Assembly (NCBI GenBank): GCA_049521795.1
Contig: JBEKOM010000002.1
Coordinates: 128,001-192,000, forward strand
Direction of reading: 5' to 3'
DNA: 64,000 bases
Source of the DNA: Candidatus Bathyarchaeia archaeon
Lineage (GTDB): Archaea; Thermoproteota; Bathyarchaeia; Bathyarchaeales; Bathycorpusculaceae
The position numbers and the translations under genes are program-made. Positions 40,845 to 50,432 of this stretch are shown here, one piece after another. The notes under the pieces were generated by a model. It saw only the letters and a program-made list of their open reading frames with translations, did no database searches and had not been told where the DNA came from. Within the stretch, counting starts at the first letter, position 1, and every line of letters begins with the position of its first letter.

Positions 40845-41396
40845 TTGAGTAAGAAAGTCGCCACTCTTGAAGAGCGCAAGGCCGAAGTTTTAATTAAACT
40901 CAGAGGATACAAACTCCACAAGAAACAGAAACGCGAAGATGCTGTTGAATACTTGGTCGATATTCCAAGGGACAAGCAGAAGGCCGTCGTTTGGTGCGTT
41001 CCCGGCGAAACCACAGTGGGCATAAACAGCATAAACCGTCTTGCGAAAGCCATGAAAGACGCAGACGTGGAAAGAGGAATAATAGTCACTGACGGAAGAT
41101 ACACGCACGCCGTCAAGCAGGGCGCCAAGAAGAAGAAGATTGAGCTCCTGCCTAAGACATTCCCCGCTTTCGACCTTTTTCAACACAGGCTTGTTCCGAA
41201 GCATGAAATTCTAAGCGAAGAAGAGAAAGCGGAGCTCCTGTTGAAGTACAGGGTGCAACCGTACCAGCTACCGCAGATAAGCTCATTGGACCCAACCGTC
41301 AAGGCGATAGGAGCCAAGCCTGGCGACATACTGCGGGTAATAAGAAAAAGTCCGACAGCCGGCGAGCACCTAGCGTTCAGATACGTTGTAGAATAA
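40845..41396 (+). CDS. rpoH: RNA polymerase subunit Rpo5/RpoH with N-terminal Rpb5-like jaw domain
   Basis: C-terminal HRLVPKHEIL...QLPQI...DP...GAKPGD...IRKSPTAG...RYV plus about 105-aa N-terminal domain. Confidence 0.92.
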   Translation: MSKKVATLEERKAEVLIKLRGYKLHKKQKREDAVEYLVDIPRDKQKAVVWCVPGETTVGINSINRLAKAMKDADVERGIIVTDGRYTHAVKQGAKKKKIELLPKTFPAFDLFQHRLVPKHEILSEEEKAELLLKYRVQPYQLPQISSLDPTVKAIGAKPGDILRVIRKSPTAGEHLAFRYVVE

Positions 41397-41511
41397 GCCT
41401 ATTTGGCCATCGTGACCTCTGTTGCCTTCACAACGGCCTCAAATTGCTCCAAGGCGTTCATTTGTAAGCCAGACTTCATGTTACTCCGCCTACAGAGGGA
41501 CCCGCCCTGAG

Positions 41512-41736
41512 CTAGGGCTGGACCTTCCTTTCGCTCGCCAGTTCGCACAGAATCACTAATGCCTCGCCGAACGGTATGTTCAGTCTCGCGGCCAAATCTG
41601 CGGGGAATGTCTCGGGTTTTTCGGGGAGAACCGTATCTCTTGTGTAGGCTTTATGATGCGGGTACATGACTAAGGCGTGGACCGTTTCAACCAATACAGG
41701 CCAGAGTTTCTCCCCTGTGTATCCTTCAAAGTTCAT
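41512..41736 (-). CDS. Hypothetical protein (possible HTH)
   Basis: 74 aa; PADLAARLNIPFGEALVIL. Confidence 0.7.
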   Translation of the reverse strand: MNFEGYTGEKLWPVLVETVHALVMYPHHKAYTRDTVLPEKPETFPADLAARLNIPFGEALVILCELASERKVQP

Positions 41737-41778
41737 GCTCGGTCAGTGTTCTATATTGTTGAAGGTTGAATATTGAAG

Positions 41779-42337
41779 TTACCCTTGGCCGCTTCGAGCA
41801 TGCACACGTTCATGTTCTAGGATCGCGTATTGCAAAGAGTCTCGCCATTTTCCCCTTGCCCACATGTGCTCTCGCATACGACCTTCGCGCTTCATTCCAA
41901 TCTTCTCCAGAACGTGTGCAGACGCGGTTGTTTGCCGGGTCGCACGTGGCGAATATTCTGTGCAAGTTCAGCTTGTCAAACCCAAAATCGACGAGTGCGT
42001 TTGCCGTCTCAGTGGCGTACCCTTTTCCCCAGAAACAGCGATTGAGGCAATAACCGATCCATCCTTCCCTGTTGTCGAGGTTTGAAACACAGATCGAGCA
42101 GCTGCCGATGAGCTCGTTTTCGTTTCTCACGACTATTGCGAGCGTGTAGTTACGGCGGGGTCTCTCGTTTTGGCCTGCGAGCGCTCGCTGGATAAAGCCT
42201 TTCGTTTCTTCCTCTGTGTTGGGCCCCCAACTCATGTATCGAACGACCTCCGGGTCGGAAGCGTAGCGATGAACGGATTGCCAATCGGCTTCCATCAGAT
42301 CTCGCAACAACAACCGCTCAGTCCTAATAAATTCCAC
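41779..42337 (-). pseudogene. RimJ/RimL-type GNAT acetyltransferase, frameshifted
   Basis: TERLLLR...WGKGYATE...DPAN, then conserved ASAHVLEKIGMKREG...WRDSLQYAILE in the +1 frame (extra base near 41929); span 559 = 3n+1. Confidence 0.8.
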
Positions 42338-42651
42338 AGTTATGCCCCGCCAGAACTCATCTTTATGCGATTTAGGTCCAACATAAAAGGTTTGTACTAA
42401 AGACTGCGATGCGTACGAAGTTGCACGACGGCGGCTTCATGAACGGCACACAAAAGAGGACCTTCCCGCCTCATCTGCCCAACATGAAGCCCACGTTTCC
42501 GTGAAAGAAACTCGCTCTACTTTGGCTTCTGCCGAGCCTGAAGAATCAAGCTTTCGCTTTTGGAGCTCGTTGTTCTGGTCTTACCGCAAAGTATATCTCT
42601 GCTCAAATGTGATCAGAGCCTTCAAAATCCATCAGGAAAGGTTGAGAACTG

Positions 42652-43380
42652 ATGACTGTCAAGGCAGTGGTCTTCGATTTGGACGGCACGATTGCAAGCT
42701 TCAACTTAGACTACGTCACTGTTAGGGCAGACGTCAGGAGCTATCTCATCAGAATTGGGCTACCGGGCTCAATACTTTCGACTAACGAAAGCATATTTGA
42801 CATGCTGAAGATGACCGAGATTTTCCTGAAAAACAACGGCAAATCCGATAGGCTTGTGGGCAAAGTCAAGAACGACGCCTTGGCCATTGCTGAAAAATAC
42901 GAGCTGGAAGCCGCGAAAACCACCGGCCTGCTTTCAGGCGCTGTTGACACGCTGGAAGCCTTGAAGAAGATGGGCTTGAAAATCGGCCTGTGCACTATTA
43001 ACAGCGAGAAATCGACAAACCACATCCTGAAACGGTTTGGCATATCCAAATTCTTCGATGCGGTCACGCCTAGAAACAAGGTCAAGTACGTCAAACCTAG
43101 CCCCGAGCATTTGAAAGCCACTTTGAAAGCTTTGCATGTCAACCCAAAAGAAGCGATCCTGATTGGAGACGGAACCCGTGACATGCAGTGTGCAAGGGAA
43201 TTGAACGTCATCGCCGTAGGCTTGCCGACCGGCGTGTCGTCTGAAAAAGAGCTGATCGCTTCCGGAGCGAGCTACTTCATCGCTTCAATCAGGGATCTGC
43301 CGAGGCTAGTGGAAACGATAAACAAACCATCAAAGCCAAGAAGAAAGGTTACGTACAAAAATTCTGGAAGCGCGACCTAG
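42652..43380 (+). CDS. HAD-superfamily hydrolase (phosphoglycolate phosphatase-like)
   Basis: FDLDGT, KPSP, IGDGTRD. Confidence 0.9.
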   Translation: MTVKAVVFDLDGTIASFNLDYVTVRADVRSYLIRIGLPGSILSTNESIFDMLKMTEIFLKNNGKSDRLVGKVKNDALAIAEKYELEAAKTTGLLSGAVDTLEALKKMGLKIGLCTINSEKSTNHILKRFGISKFFDAVTPRNKVKYVKPSPEHLKATLKALHVNPKEAILIGDGTRDMQCARELNVIAVGLPTGVSSEKELIASGASYFIASIRDLPRLVETINKPSKPRRKVTYKNSGSAT

Positions 43381-43381
43381 A

Positions 43382-43516
43382 TTAGAAACTAGCTACTCCT
43401 TTTCTCTCACTGAAATCGTACCATTTCCAAATCTCATCGACTGTCCTTTCGGAATATCCGTTCCGCTTCAGCAAGGATCTTAAAGATGAGGGCGGCTTCA
43501 TTCGCTGGGCCACCAA
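43382..43516 (-). CDS. Possible small protein (44 aa)
   Basis: MVAQRMKPPSSLRSLLKRNGYSERTVDEIWKWYDFSERKGVASF; protein-like composition, stop abuts the HAD gene stop. Confidence 0.45.
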   Translation of the reverse strand: MVAQRMKPPSSLRSLLKRNGYSERTVDEIWKWYDFSERKGVASF

Positions 43517-43720
43517 GACAAGTTTGATATTCGTGTTCAAAGGAAATTAAACGTTCTGTATTCTGGATTCTGTTCCTGTAGACTTGTACAACACATATAC
43601 AGGAGCACTTGCGACGCTTTTGTCATCTGATTCTGTCTTCTTTCTGAGGTTCGAAGAACTTATTTAGCCTTATCAGCGCGCTGGGTTGTCCCTAAATTCG
43701 CAAAGAACACGACCCTCAAA

Positions 43721-43755
43721 GCATATACATTTTGCATATACACTTTGCATATACA
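43721..43755 (+). repeat. 13-bp-period tandem repeat GCATATACA x3
   Basis: Copies at 43721, 43734, 43747. Confidence 0.75.
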
Positions 43756-43869
43756 GTTCACGAGCATCATTGAAGACGGTGAGGCTGTTCAGGCTGGATG
43801 CGAACCTGTGCGGGCTGTTCAGGTGCGCACGCACAATGAAGGGACAAGGCAGCGCGCAATTTTCTGGGG

Positions 43870-44409
43870 CTAGATTGAGTGGAATTCTTCCTTGTACAGT
43901 TGATAGGCCGAAAGTATCAGTTTCTCTGCAGCCTTAGCGTCGCCCCATTCTTTGATCTTAACCCACTTCTTTGGTTCAAGCCGCTTGTAGTTCACGAAGA
44001 AGTCTGCGATTTCTGTCTTCAAGTGTTTTCCAACGCCGTCTATGTCCTGGATCTCCTCGAACCTCGGGTCGTTCACCGGCACTCCGAGGATCTTGTCATC
44101 CTGCCCGTTCTCATCTTCTGTGGTGAGGACACCTATGGGGCGGGCGGTGATCACGCAGCCCGTGAAGGTGGGCTTTGTGGTCAGGACAAGAATGTCCAGG
44201 GGTTCTCCGTCTAATGACCATGACCGTGGGATTATGCCGTAATCGCCTAGGTAGTAAAGGGCGGAATACAGCACTCGGTCAAGCTTAAAGAACCCAACTT
44301 CGCAGTCAAACTTGTACTTGTTCGTGCTTCCACTGGGCACTTCAACAACTGCGTAGACCTTGTGCGGAGGATCTGGACCGCAAGGAATGTCCCGCCATAA
44401 ATTGACCAT
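43870..44409 (-). CDS. ppa: Inorganic pyrophosphatase (family I)
   Basis: KY...LDRVL...YG.IP...DGEPLDILV...DENGQDDK...FF.NYK.LE. Confidence 0.95.
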   Translation of the reverse strand: MVNLWRDIPCGPDPPHKVYAVVEVPSGSTNKYKFDCEVGFFKLDRVLYSALYYLGDYGIIPRSWSLDGEPLDILVLTTKPTFTGCVITARPIGVLTTEDENGQDDKILGVPVNDPRFEEIQDIDGVGKHLKTEIADFFVNYKRLEPKKWVKIKEWGDAKAAEKLILSAYQLYKEEFHSI

Positions 44410-44832
44410 TTCGACACCCTTCAGTTTCACTTAGCTATTTTCGGTTCACACATTTAAACGTAACATCAGCCGGAACCCAACGGGTTCTGACGAACACGAC
44501 CCTTTCGATCAGCACCTATCGGTTTTCGACATACTACCATTTTCGCAATTGCCTGCATGCATCAGTGTGGCTCTGAATGGTTGCATTGATGCGGCACGAT
44601 GAGCGACAACTTCCCAGAAAGAAGTTGTAACAACTGCTTGACGCATCGTGCTAAGCGCGCCCTAAGAGGGGGCCAAGAATCAGGTACGAGAACCGCGACA
44701 GTTGGGCTTGTCAGAAGTTTCTTTAGAACTGTCTGGCCTTTCTTCTTCTCTGTTCAAAAAACCTTTCCGGCGAGGATATTCTTATCTAGAACCATGCATT
44801 TTAGGAAACCACGCAATTGATTTCAAGAGTGG

Positions 44833-45036
44833 GTGAACGAGATATCCGTAAGAATGTCTGGCAGCTTGAGTGCAGTTACTCTCGCACTCATGGTTCTAGG
44901 CACGTATGTGCTTGTTTTCTCAAGCATTTCGTTGCTGTATAAGGCAGTCATTGTCGTTTACATTTTTGTTATGCTTTTCCTGTTAACATTAGCGTTGCAG
45001 AGCCTAGAGGCCATAGGAAAACCCAGCGCTGAATAG
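44833..45036 (+). CDS. Small two-TM membrane protein
   Basis: 67 aa, hydrophobic. Confidence 0.55.
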   Translation: MNEISVRMSGSLSAVTLALMVLGTYVLVFSSISLLYKAVIVVYIFVMLFLLTLALQSLEAIGKPSAE

Positions 45037-45169
45037 AAAAGCCGATCACAAAGGCCTTCACTGGCTGTGGAACTCTGGTTAGTGCATCATGCAGTCTTTT
45101 GAACCGTATTCCGTAGCTCAAGCGGTCTCAAGTCCAAGTGCAATCACAAGAAGGCGGCCCGCTGCTTAG

Positions 45170-45571
45170 TTATGCAGGTTTGAAATAGTATCTTGGCCAT
45201 TGAGGCCAAGGCTGCACAGCTACACAGGTTCCGAAGTCTACCGCCAGGTCCATTCCTACTTTTACTTGTTCCAGCGGTACGCTTCTGATCATCCCGGGAA
45301 GTTTCAGACCGTTTTCGAGTTGAACAATACCGATGGCGTACGGGGCCATTGATTGGAACTGCGCTGGAGCGATGTGGATGACCGTGTAGGTTAACAGTTT
45401 TCCCTTCGTCGGAATCTCGGTCCAGTCAAACTCTTTTGAGTAGCAATTGTCGCAGATCGGCCTGGGCGGGAGGTGCACCTTTGCACATTTTCTGCATTTT
45501 CCGCCTAGCAGCTTTCCCTGGTTGATGTTCCTGTAGAACTGTTCTATCGTAAAAGGTGCTTGTTCAACCAC
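45170..45571 (-). CDS. DUF35 (Zn-ribbon/OB-fold) thiolase partner
   Basis: CRKC...PPR..CDNC...GKLLTYT...PY. Confidence 0.92.
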   Translation of the reverse strand: MVEQAPFTIEQFYRNINQGKLLGGKCRKCAKVHLPPRPICDNCYSKEFDWTEIPTKGKLLTYTVIHIAPAQFQSMAPYAIGIVQLENGLKLPGMIRSVPLEQVKVGMDLAVDFGTCVAVQPWPQWPRYYFKPA

Positions 45572-45573
45572 TT

Positions 45574-46746
45574 CTATGTCCCCCTGTAAACGTGAACCGT
45601 GGCGGTCGCGCCTGAGCCGCCTACGTTGTGCGTGAGCCCTATCTCTGCATCCTGGACTTGGCGTTTGCCGGCGCGTCCTGTCAGCTGCAGGTATACTTCG
45701 TAGGCTTGGCCTGTTCCGGTTGCGCCAACGGGATGCCCTTTGGCCTTTAGACCTCCGCTGGTGTTGATGGGAATTCTTCCCCCGAGCCTTGTCTCGCCGC
45801 TCTCAACCAGTTTTCCGCCTTCACCTACCTTGCAAAACCCCAAGTCCTCGTAGGCTATTATTTCTGCTATGGTGAAACAGTCGTGGACTTCTGCGACGTC
45901 AACGTCTTCCGATTTCACCCCTGCCATTTCACATGCGTTCTTGGCGGCGACCTTTGCCGCTTCAAGTGAAGTCAGGCTCGCCCTCTCGTACAGGCCGATG
46001 GTGTCACTGGCTTGGCCGCTTCCAATGATCTGCACAGGGGTGTCCGTGTATTTCTTGGCCAGTTCAGGTTTGGTAAGAACTAGGCAGCTAGCACCGTCTG
46101 TGATGAGCGAACAATCATACAGTTTAAGTGGCCATGCGACCATGCGTGAGGCGAGAGCGGTCTCAAGCGTTATTTCCTTCTGCATGTGCGCCTTCGGGTT
46201 CAAACTTCCGTGATAGTGATTTTTGACTCCGACCATAGCTAACTGTCGCTCTGTCGTTCCATAAGCATGCATGTGAGCGGTGGCCATCAACGCGTACAGC
46301 CCTGGAAAAGTTATGCCGTGCCACTGCTCGAAGGGATAATCAGAAGCCATGGCAAGATACTCAGTCACTTCCGCCGTCGTCCTATGTGTCATTTTCTCGA
46401 CGCCGCCGACCATGACAACATCGCTCAAGCCTGAGCGCACTGCGCAAATCGCTACCCTGAGAGCTGCACCGGAAGAGGCACAGGCAGCCTCGGTTCTTGT
46501 GGCAGCAACGTGTCCAAGACCGATCCAGTCAGCGATTGTTGCACCCGTGTGACCCTGGTGCTCGTAGGACTCTCCCATATGACCAACAAACAAGGCTTGA
46601 ATGTCCTTCTTGGGGTCCAGCTTTGGACAGTTGTCAAAGGCTTCCTTCGCTGCCTCCGCAAAAATCTCTCTAGCGTACAAACCTTCGAGTTTTCCAAACT
46701 TCGACAAACCAGCAGAGACTATTGAGACAAGAGGTTCCCCTTTCAA
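45574..46746 (-). CDS. Archaeal-type thiolase (acetyl-CoA acetyltransferase family)
   Basis: EAACASSG, GVEKM, EVHDCFT, GHPVGATG. Confidence 0.93.
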   Translation of the reverse strand: MKGEPLVSIVSAGLSKFGKLEGLYAREIFAEAAKEAFDNCPKLDPKKDIQALFVGHMGESYEHQGHTGATIADWIGLGHVAATRTEAACASSGAALRVAICAVRSGLSDVVMVGGVEKMTHRTTAEVTEYLAMASDYPFEQWHGITFPGLYALMATAHMHAYGTTERQLAMVGVKNHYHGSLNPKAHMQKEITLETALASRMVAWPLKLYDCSLITDGASCLVLTKPELAKKYTDTPVQIIGSGQASDTIGLYERASLTSLEAAKVAAKNACEMAGVKSEDVDVAEVHDCFTIAEIIAYEDLGFCKVGEGGKLVESGETRLGGRIPINTSGGLKAKGHPVGATGTGQAYEVYLQLTGRAGKRQVQDAEIGLTHNVGGSGATATVHVYRGT

Positions 46747-46900
46747 TTGAGTTTTCCCTCCGAAATGCCACTGCGCGGAGAAAATGAGTTACTGAATAAA
46801 CGACTATTTAAGTTTCGTTGGCTGGTCCTGCAGTTCACACGAAAGAAGAATGGCGGAGATTTTTGAAAAAGGGGTTAAGTTGAGTTTGGATCGGCTCTCA

Positions 46901-47587
46901 TTACTTTGGTCCGAACGTCTTCTTGACCCAGGCTCTTGTCTTTTCCATGTCTTCTCTGAATCGCTTCAGCTCCTCCGGACTTCTCTTCGGAGCAACTGGC
47001 TCCTCAGCTGGCGTTGCGTAAACGTCCAGCAGGTCGCCTTTGGGCTGCTTCGCGATGTTTATGTTGACCTTCAAGCCTATGTTGACTTTTTCCGGGTCAA
47101 CATCTCGCATGGTCATCGGGAGGCACGTGTTTGTTCCGTCGATTCTCACCATTGCTCCAACTAGGGGTTGCAGGTGTGCCATAGAAGGCCATGCAATGGC
47201 CATTATCGTGTGAGCGTGGATTTCCCCTTTCTTCGGAAGCTCAACCCATCTTGTTTCTTCCAGTCTGCATATGGGGTTGAAGCAATGTGCACGTGGGGGA
47301 CAATAGACGAGGCCGCACTTAGGACATTTGGTTCCGTAGAGTTTTCCTTCGAGCAAGCCTATGAAGAACTTCGACACTTTGCCGTAGCTATGGTGGAACA
47401 TGCTCCCATGCGGTCTGTGGACGATCAAGAACTTCTCAGGTTTCAAATCGTTGAGTGTGGGACCGTCGTTCATTTCCACAATTTTCCAGCCTTCAGGCCT
47501 CCAGCCGCCCTTGCGTTCCCACTCTTGCCACCATTTCTCGTCGTACGCTGATTGCTTCATCATCTTTTCTGGTCCAGGTTGCTTCAT
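46901..47587 (-). CDS. DUF35 protein with N- and C-terminal extensions
   Basis: HSYG..SKFF.GL...GTKCPKC...PPRAHC. Confidence 0.88.
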   Translation of the reverse strand: MKQPGPEKMMKQSAYDEKWWQEWERKGGWRPEGWKIVEMNDGPTLNDLKPEKFLIVHRPHGSMFHHSYGKVSKFFIGLLEGKLYGTKCPKCGLVYCPPRAHCFNPICRLEETRWVELPKKGEIHAHTIMAIAWPSMAHLQPLVGAMVRIDGTNTCLPMTMRDVDPEKVNIGLKVNINIAKQPKGDLLDVYATPAEEPVAPKRSPEELKRFREDMEKTRAWVKKTFGPK

Positions 47588-47591
47588 TCTT

Positions 47592-48884
47592 CTACACCTC
47601 CAAGACCACGGCTCCTGCTTGACATCCCGTGCCTCCGTGTCCGTGAATGAACGCTTTCTTCGGCTTGCTGAACTGTCTGTTGGGTGCTCCCCACTTCTTA
47701 CCGATCTGGTTGCTCAGCTGCCAGTAACTGTCCACGACTTGGGCAATTGATGTTGAACCAACAGCGTGGCCCTGAGCGGTTAGGGCGCCGCTGAGTTGAC
47801 ATGGAAGCTCCCCTTGGGCCTGAATCACGCCGTCTCTAACCAGCTTCTTTCCTTCGCCCCGCTTGCAGAAGTCGAAGTCTTCAAGCCCTGCGAGAACGAC
47901 GCCTGCGTACGGGTCGAAGATTTCAACGAAGCTGATTTCTTTTCGCGGATTCTTGATTCCAGCGTCCTTGTAGGCCATTCTCGCGGACACTCTTAATGAG
48001 CCGAAATTCAACAGATCAGGGTACGGTGATAGCGGCTTAGGAATCTCTTTAGGCCACACCTTTTCATCCTGCGGGTACAAGCCCTTCCAAGCCGGGTTGT
48101 CCGGACGGTCTCCAGCCCTCATCGTGTCAGAGCCGAAGCCTACACCGCTTATCCAGACAGGGTTGTCGGTTAGCTTCTTTGTCATCGCTTCATTTGCCAA
48201 GAGCAAGGCTGAGGCGCCTTCACTTGTCATCGCACATTCATACGTCCTGTAAGGCCAACAGATCAATCGAGACTTGTACACGTCTTCGACGGTTATCCTG
48301 CCGAAGCCATGCTGAGCTGGCCACTGAGCATACGGATTTTCAAGCGAGTTGTTGTGGCACATAGCTGAAACTTCAGCCAAGTCTTCCTCTTTGTCTCCGT
48401 ACACGTGCATTCGACGGGCCTCCATCGTCGCATAGAAAGCGTTGTAGGTGAAACCTGAAACAAAGTCCCAGTCGGTGTCTCCAGCAATGGCTATGGCTTC
48501 GTTTACTTTCTGGATGGGCATCTCGTTCATTTTTTCCCATCCAACCACGAGGACAGCTGGGAACATGCCTGAACGTATCCACAGAGCTGCGTTCACTACT
48601 GCGTCGATCGGCGTTGCACCGCCTCCTTCAACACGGTACGAAGGCACTCCTGACAGGCCCAAGTAGTCGTTTATTATCCATTGCATGCACTGCTGCTGCT
48701 CCAGGATGTCGCTGAAATAGGAGTAGCAACAAGCGTAGCCTTTCCTGAGAAAGTCTCCAAGCTCAAGTTCTGGAACGTCATCAAGTATCATCTTGACGGC
48801 TTCAGCGCACATTTCTTCCTGCAAGGTGTGTCTGGGGTTGTCAAACCTTGAAATGCTTCCGGCGACTATTCCGACTTTCTTCAA
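47592..48884 (-). CDS. Thiolase-fold protein lacking the nucleophilic Cys
   Basis: RVEGGGAT (cf. EAACAS), GWEKM, EIFDPY, GHAVGST. Confidence 0.88.
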   Translation of the reverse strand: MKKVGIVAGSISRFDNPRHTLQEEMCAEAVKMILDDVPELELGDFLRKGYACCYSYFSDILEQQQCMQWIINDYLGLSGVPSYRVEGGGATPIDAVVNAALWIRSGMFPAVLVVGWEKMNEMPIQKVNEAIAIAGDTDWDFVSGFTYNAFYATMEARRMHVYGDKEEDLAEVSAMCHNNSLENPYAQWPAQHGFGRITVEDVYKSRLICWPYRTYECAMTSEGASALLLANEAMTKKLTDNPVWISGVGFGSDTMRAGDRPDNPAWKGLYPQDEKVWPKEIPKPLSPYPDLLNFGSLRVSARMAYKDAGIKNPRKEISFVEIFDPYAGVVLAGLEDFDFCKRGEGKKLVRDGVIQAQGELPCQLSGALTAQGHAVGSTSIAQVVDSYWQLSNQIGKKWGAPNRQFSKPKKAFIHGHGGTGCQAGAVVLEV

Positions 48885-49030
48885 CCTTCCACCTCAAGCT
48901 TAAAAGAGATAGTTAGTGGATTTCATCGACTATAAGATTTTTGCGGAGGCTCCAAGCACCAACTGACGTCAGTTGCGGATCGAAAGCCTTTGGACAATCC
49001 TTTTATAATTTTCACATCACCCTTACTGAC

Positions 49031-50143
49031 ATGCACGTACTACGACTGTCCCCAACATTGCCAGAACACGAGTACGCAACCGAAGAACTGATAGATACTT
49101 TTCCATGTAGCCTACCTGAAGGCGTCAGGCAGAACATTCTCAACTTGGGAGTTTCAAGGCGATCGTTCATTGAACGAGTGTCTATAGGTTCAAAATCGGA
49201 AAAAGTCCTCAGCGAAGCTGGTCTCGTTGACTTATGCGTTGATGCATGTAGAAGCGTAATCAAAAAGACTGGGATCCCCATCAAAAACATAGGCTACTTC
49301 GTTGCGGCTTATGATGTGAACCCGATCCTAAGCCCGGGTCTCAGCCAACTGTTGGTCAGGAAAATCGGTTTCGACCCGTTCATCAAGCATGTTAACGCTC
49401 AGGGAATCGCCAGCACAGCCTTTCCCAAAGCCTTGCAATTGGCAGAAGACCATCTGGCAACACATCGCAAAGATAACGTTTTGGTCTGCGTCTCCGGAGT
49501 CAGCTCATACTGGTTCCAGAACCAGGTACGTGGCATGAAAGGCGTCACAGAAATAAGCCGAATCAACGAGTTCAAAGACGACCGGAAACGGCAGATGGAA
49601 CTGCGGAAGTGGATTGCAACGATGGAGTATTTTCTTTTCGGAGATGGAGCAGCCGCTGCCATCGTATCAAATGAAGGGGAAGGCCTGACCGTTAAGAAGA
49701 CAGTTGAAGTGACAAACGTAGGAGAAGAAGACTATCTGGCAGGCTACGCTAGACTCGCAAGCTTGCCGGAACCTTTCAAATTCGGCTTCCACTCACACCT
49801 GGACAAGGAGATTCCAAGACTTGGAGTCAAGTACACAGGTGTGGCTCTGAAGAAACTGCTTGGAAAGAACGCTGAAAACACTATCAGGATCTCTAAAAAG
49901 TGGGCAGTTCACACAGGTAGCCAAAAGATACTTGACGCTTTGGCTGAGCACCACGGACTCGAACATGAGAAACTGGAGGAATCGCGTGAAGTACTCAGAA
50001 TGCACGGCAACCTATCTGGTGCAAGCTTGCCGTTCATCCTTGAAAGAATAGTCTCAACGCGTAAGCCTTCGAAAGGTGACATCGTTCTGATGCTAGGCTA
50101 CGGATGGGGATTCTCAGCCGCTGCCTCTCTGCTAGAAGCTTAA
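49031..50143 (+). CDS. Type III PKS / chalcone-synthase-like (KAS III fold) protein
   Basis: LFGDGAAA, WAVHTGS.KIL, GNLSGAS, GYGWG; TTTTATAA about 23 bp upstream of ATG 49031. Confidence 0.85.
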   Translation: MHVLRLSPTLPEHEYATEELIDTFPCSLPEGVRQNILNLGVSRRSFIERVSIGSKSEKVLSEAGLVDLCVDACRSVIKKTGIPIKNIGYFVAAYDVNPILSPGLSQLLVRKIGFDPFIKHVNAQGIASTAFPKALQLAEDHLATHRKDNVLVCVSGVSSYWFQNQVRGMKGVTEISRINEFKDDRKRQMELRKWIATMEYFLFGDGAAAAIVSNEGEGLTVKKTVEVTNVGEEDYLAGYARLASLPEPFKFGFHSHLDKEIPRLGVKYTGVALKKLLGKNAENTIRISKKWAVHTGSQKILDALAEHHGLEHEKLEESREVLRMHGNLSGASLPFILERIVSTRKPSKGDIVLMLGYGWGFSAAASLLEA

Positions 50144-50198
50144 GAACTGCCGATTCAGTATGCGCCGAAAGGGAGCTTCCGAACAGTGATCCCTTTGA

Positions 50199-50432
50199 TC
50201 ATCTCTTTTTGCCATGACCCTTCTCTTTCAAGCTTTTGCTACGACTGGCCTTGGCCACGATAGATTCAATAAACAATGTCTTAGCCTCTGTGTAGGCTTC
50301 ACGATTAAGCCTGTACTTTGCAGCCAATTCCTTCTTCAGCCTATGATACTCTCCGGCCGCCTGTGGATGCGCTCGCAAGAAGTCTCTGAAGAGCAAGTGG
50401 CGCCTCCAAAAATCGCTGTCGTACTCAACCAT
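50199..50432 (-). pseudogene. GrpB/UPF0157 family gene, C-terminal part
   Basis: MVEYDSDFWRRHLLFRDFLRAHP...EY.RLK.ELA...YTEAK..FI. Confidence 0.85.

Noticed and set aside
43721-43825. CRISPR array
   Set aside because: Repeats are 9-11 bp without spacer-sized unique sequences; no cas genes in the window
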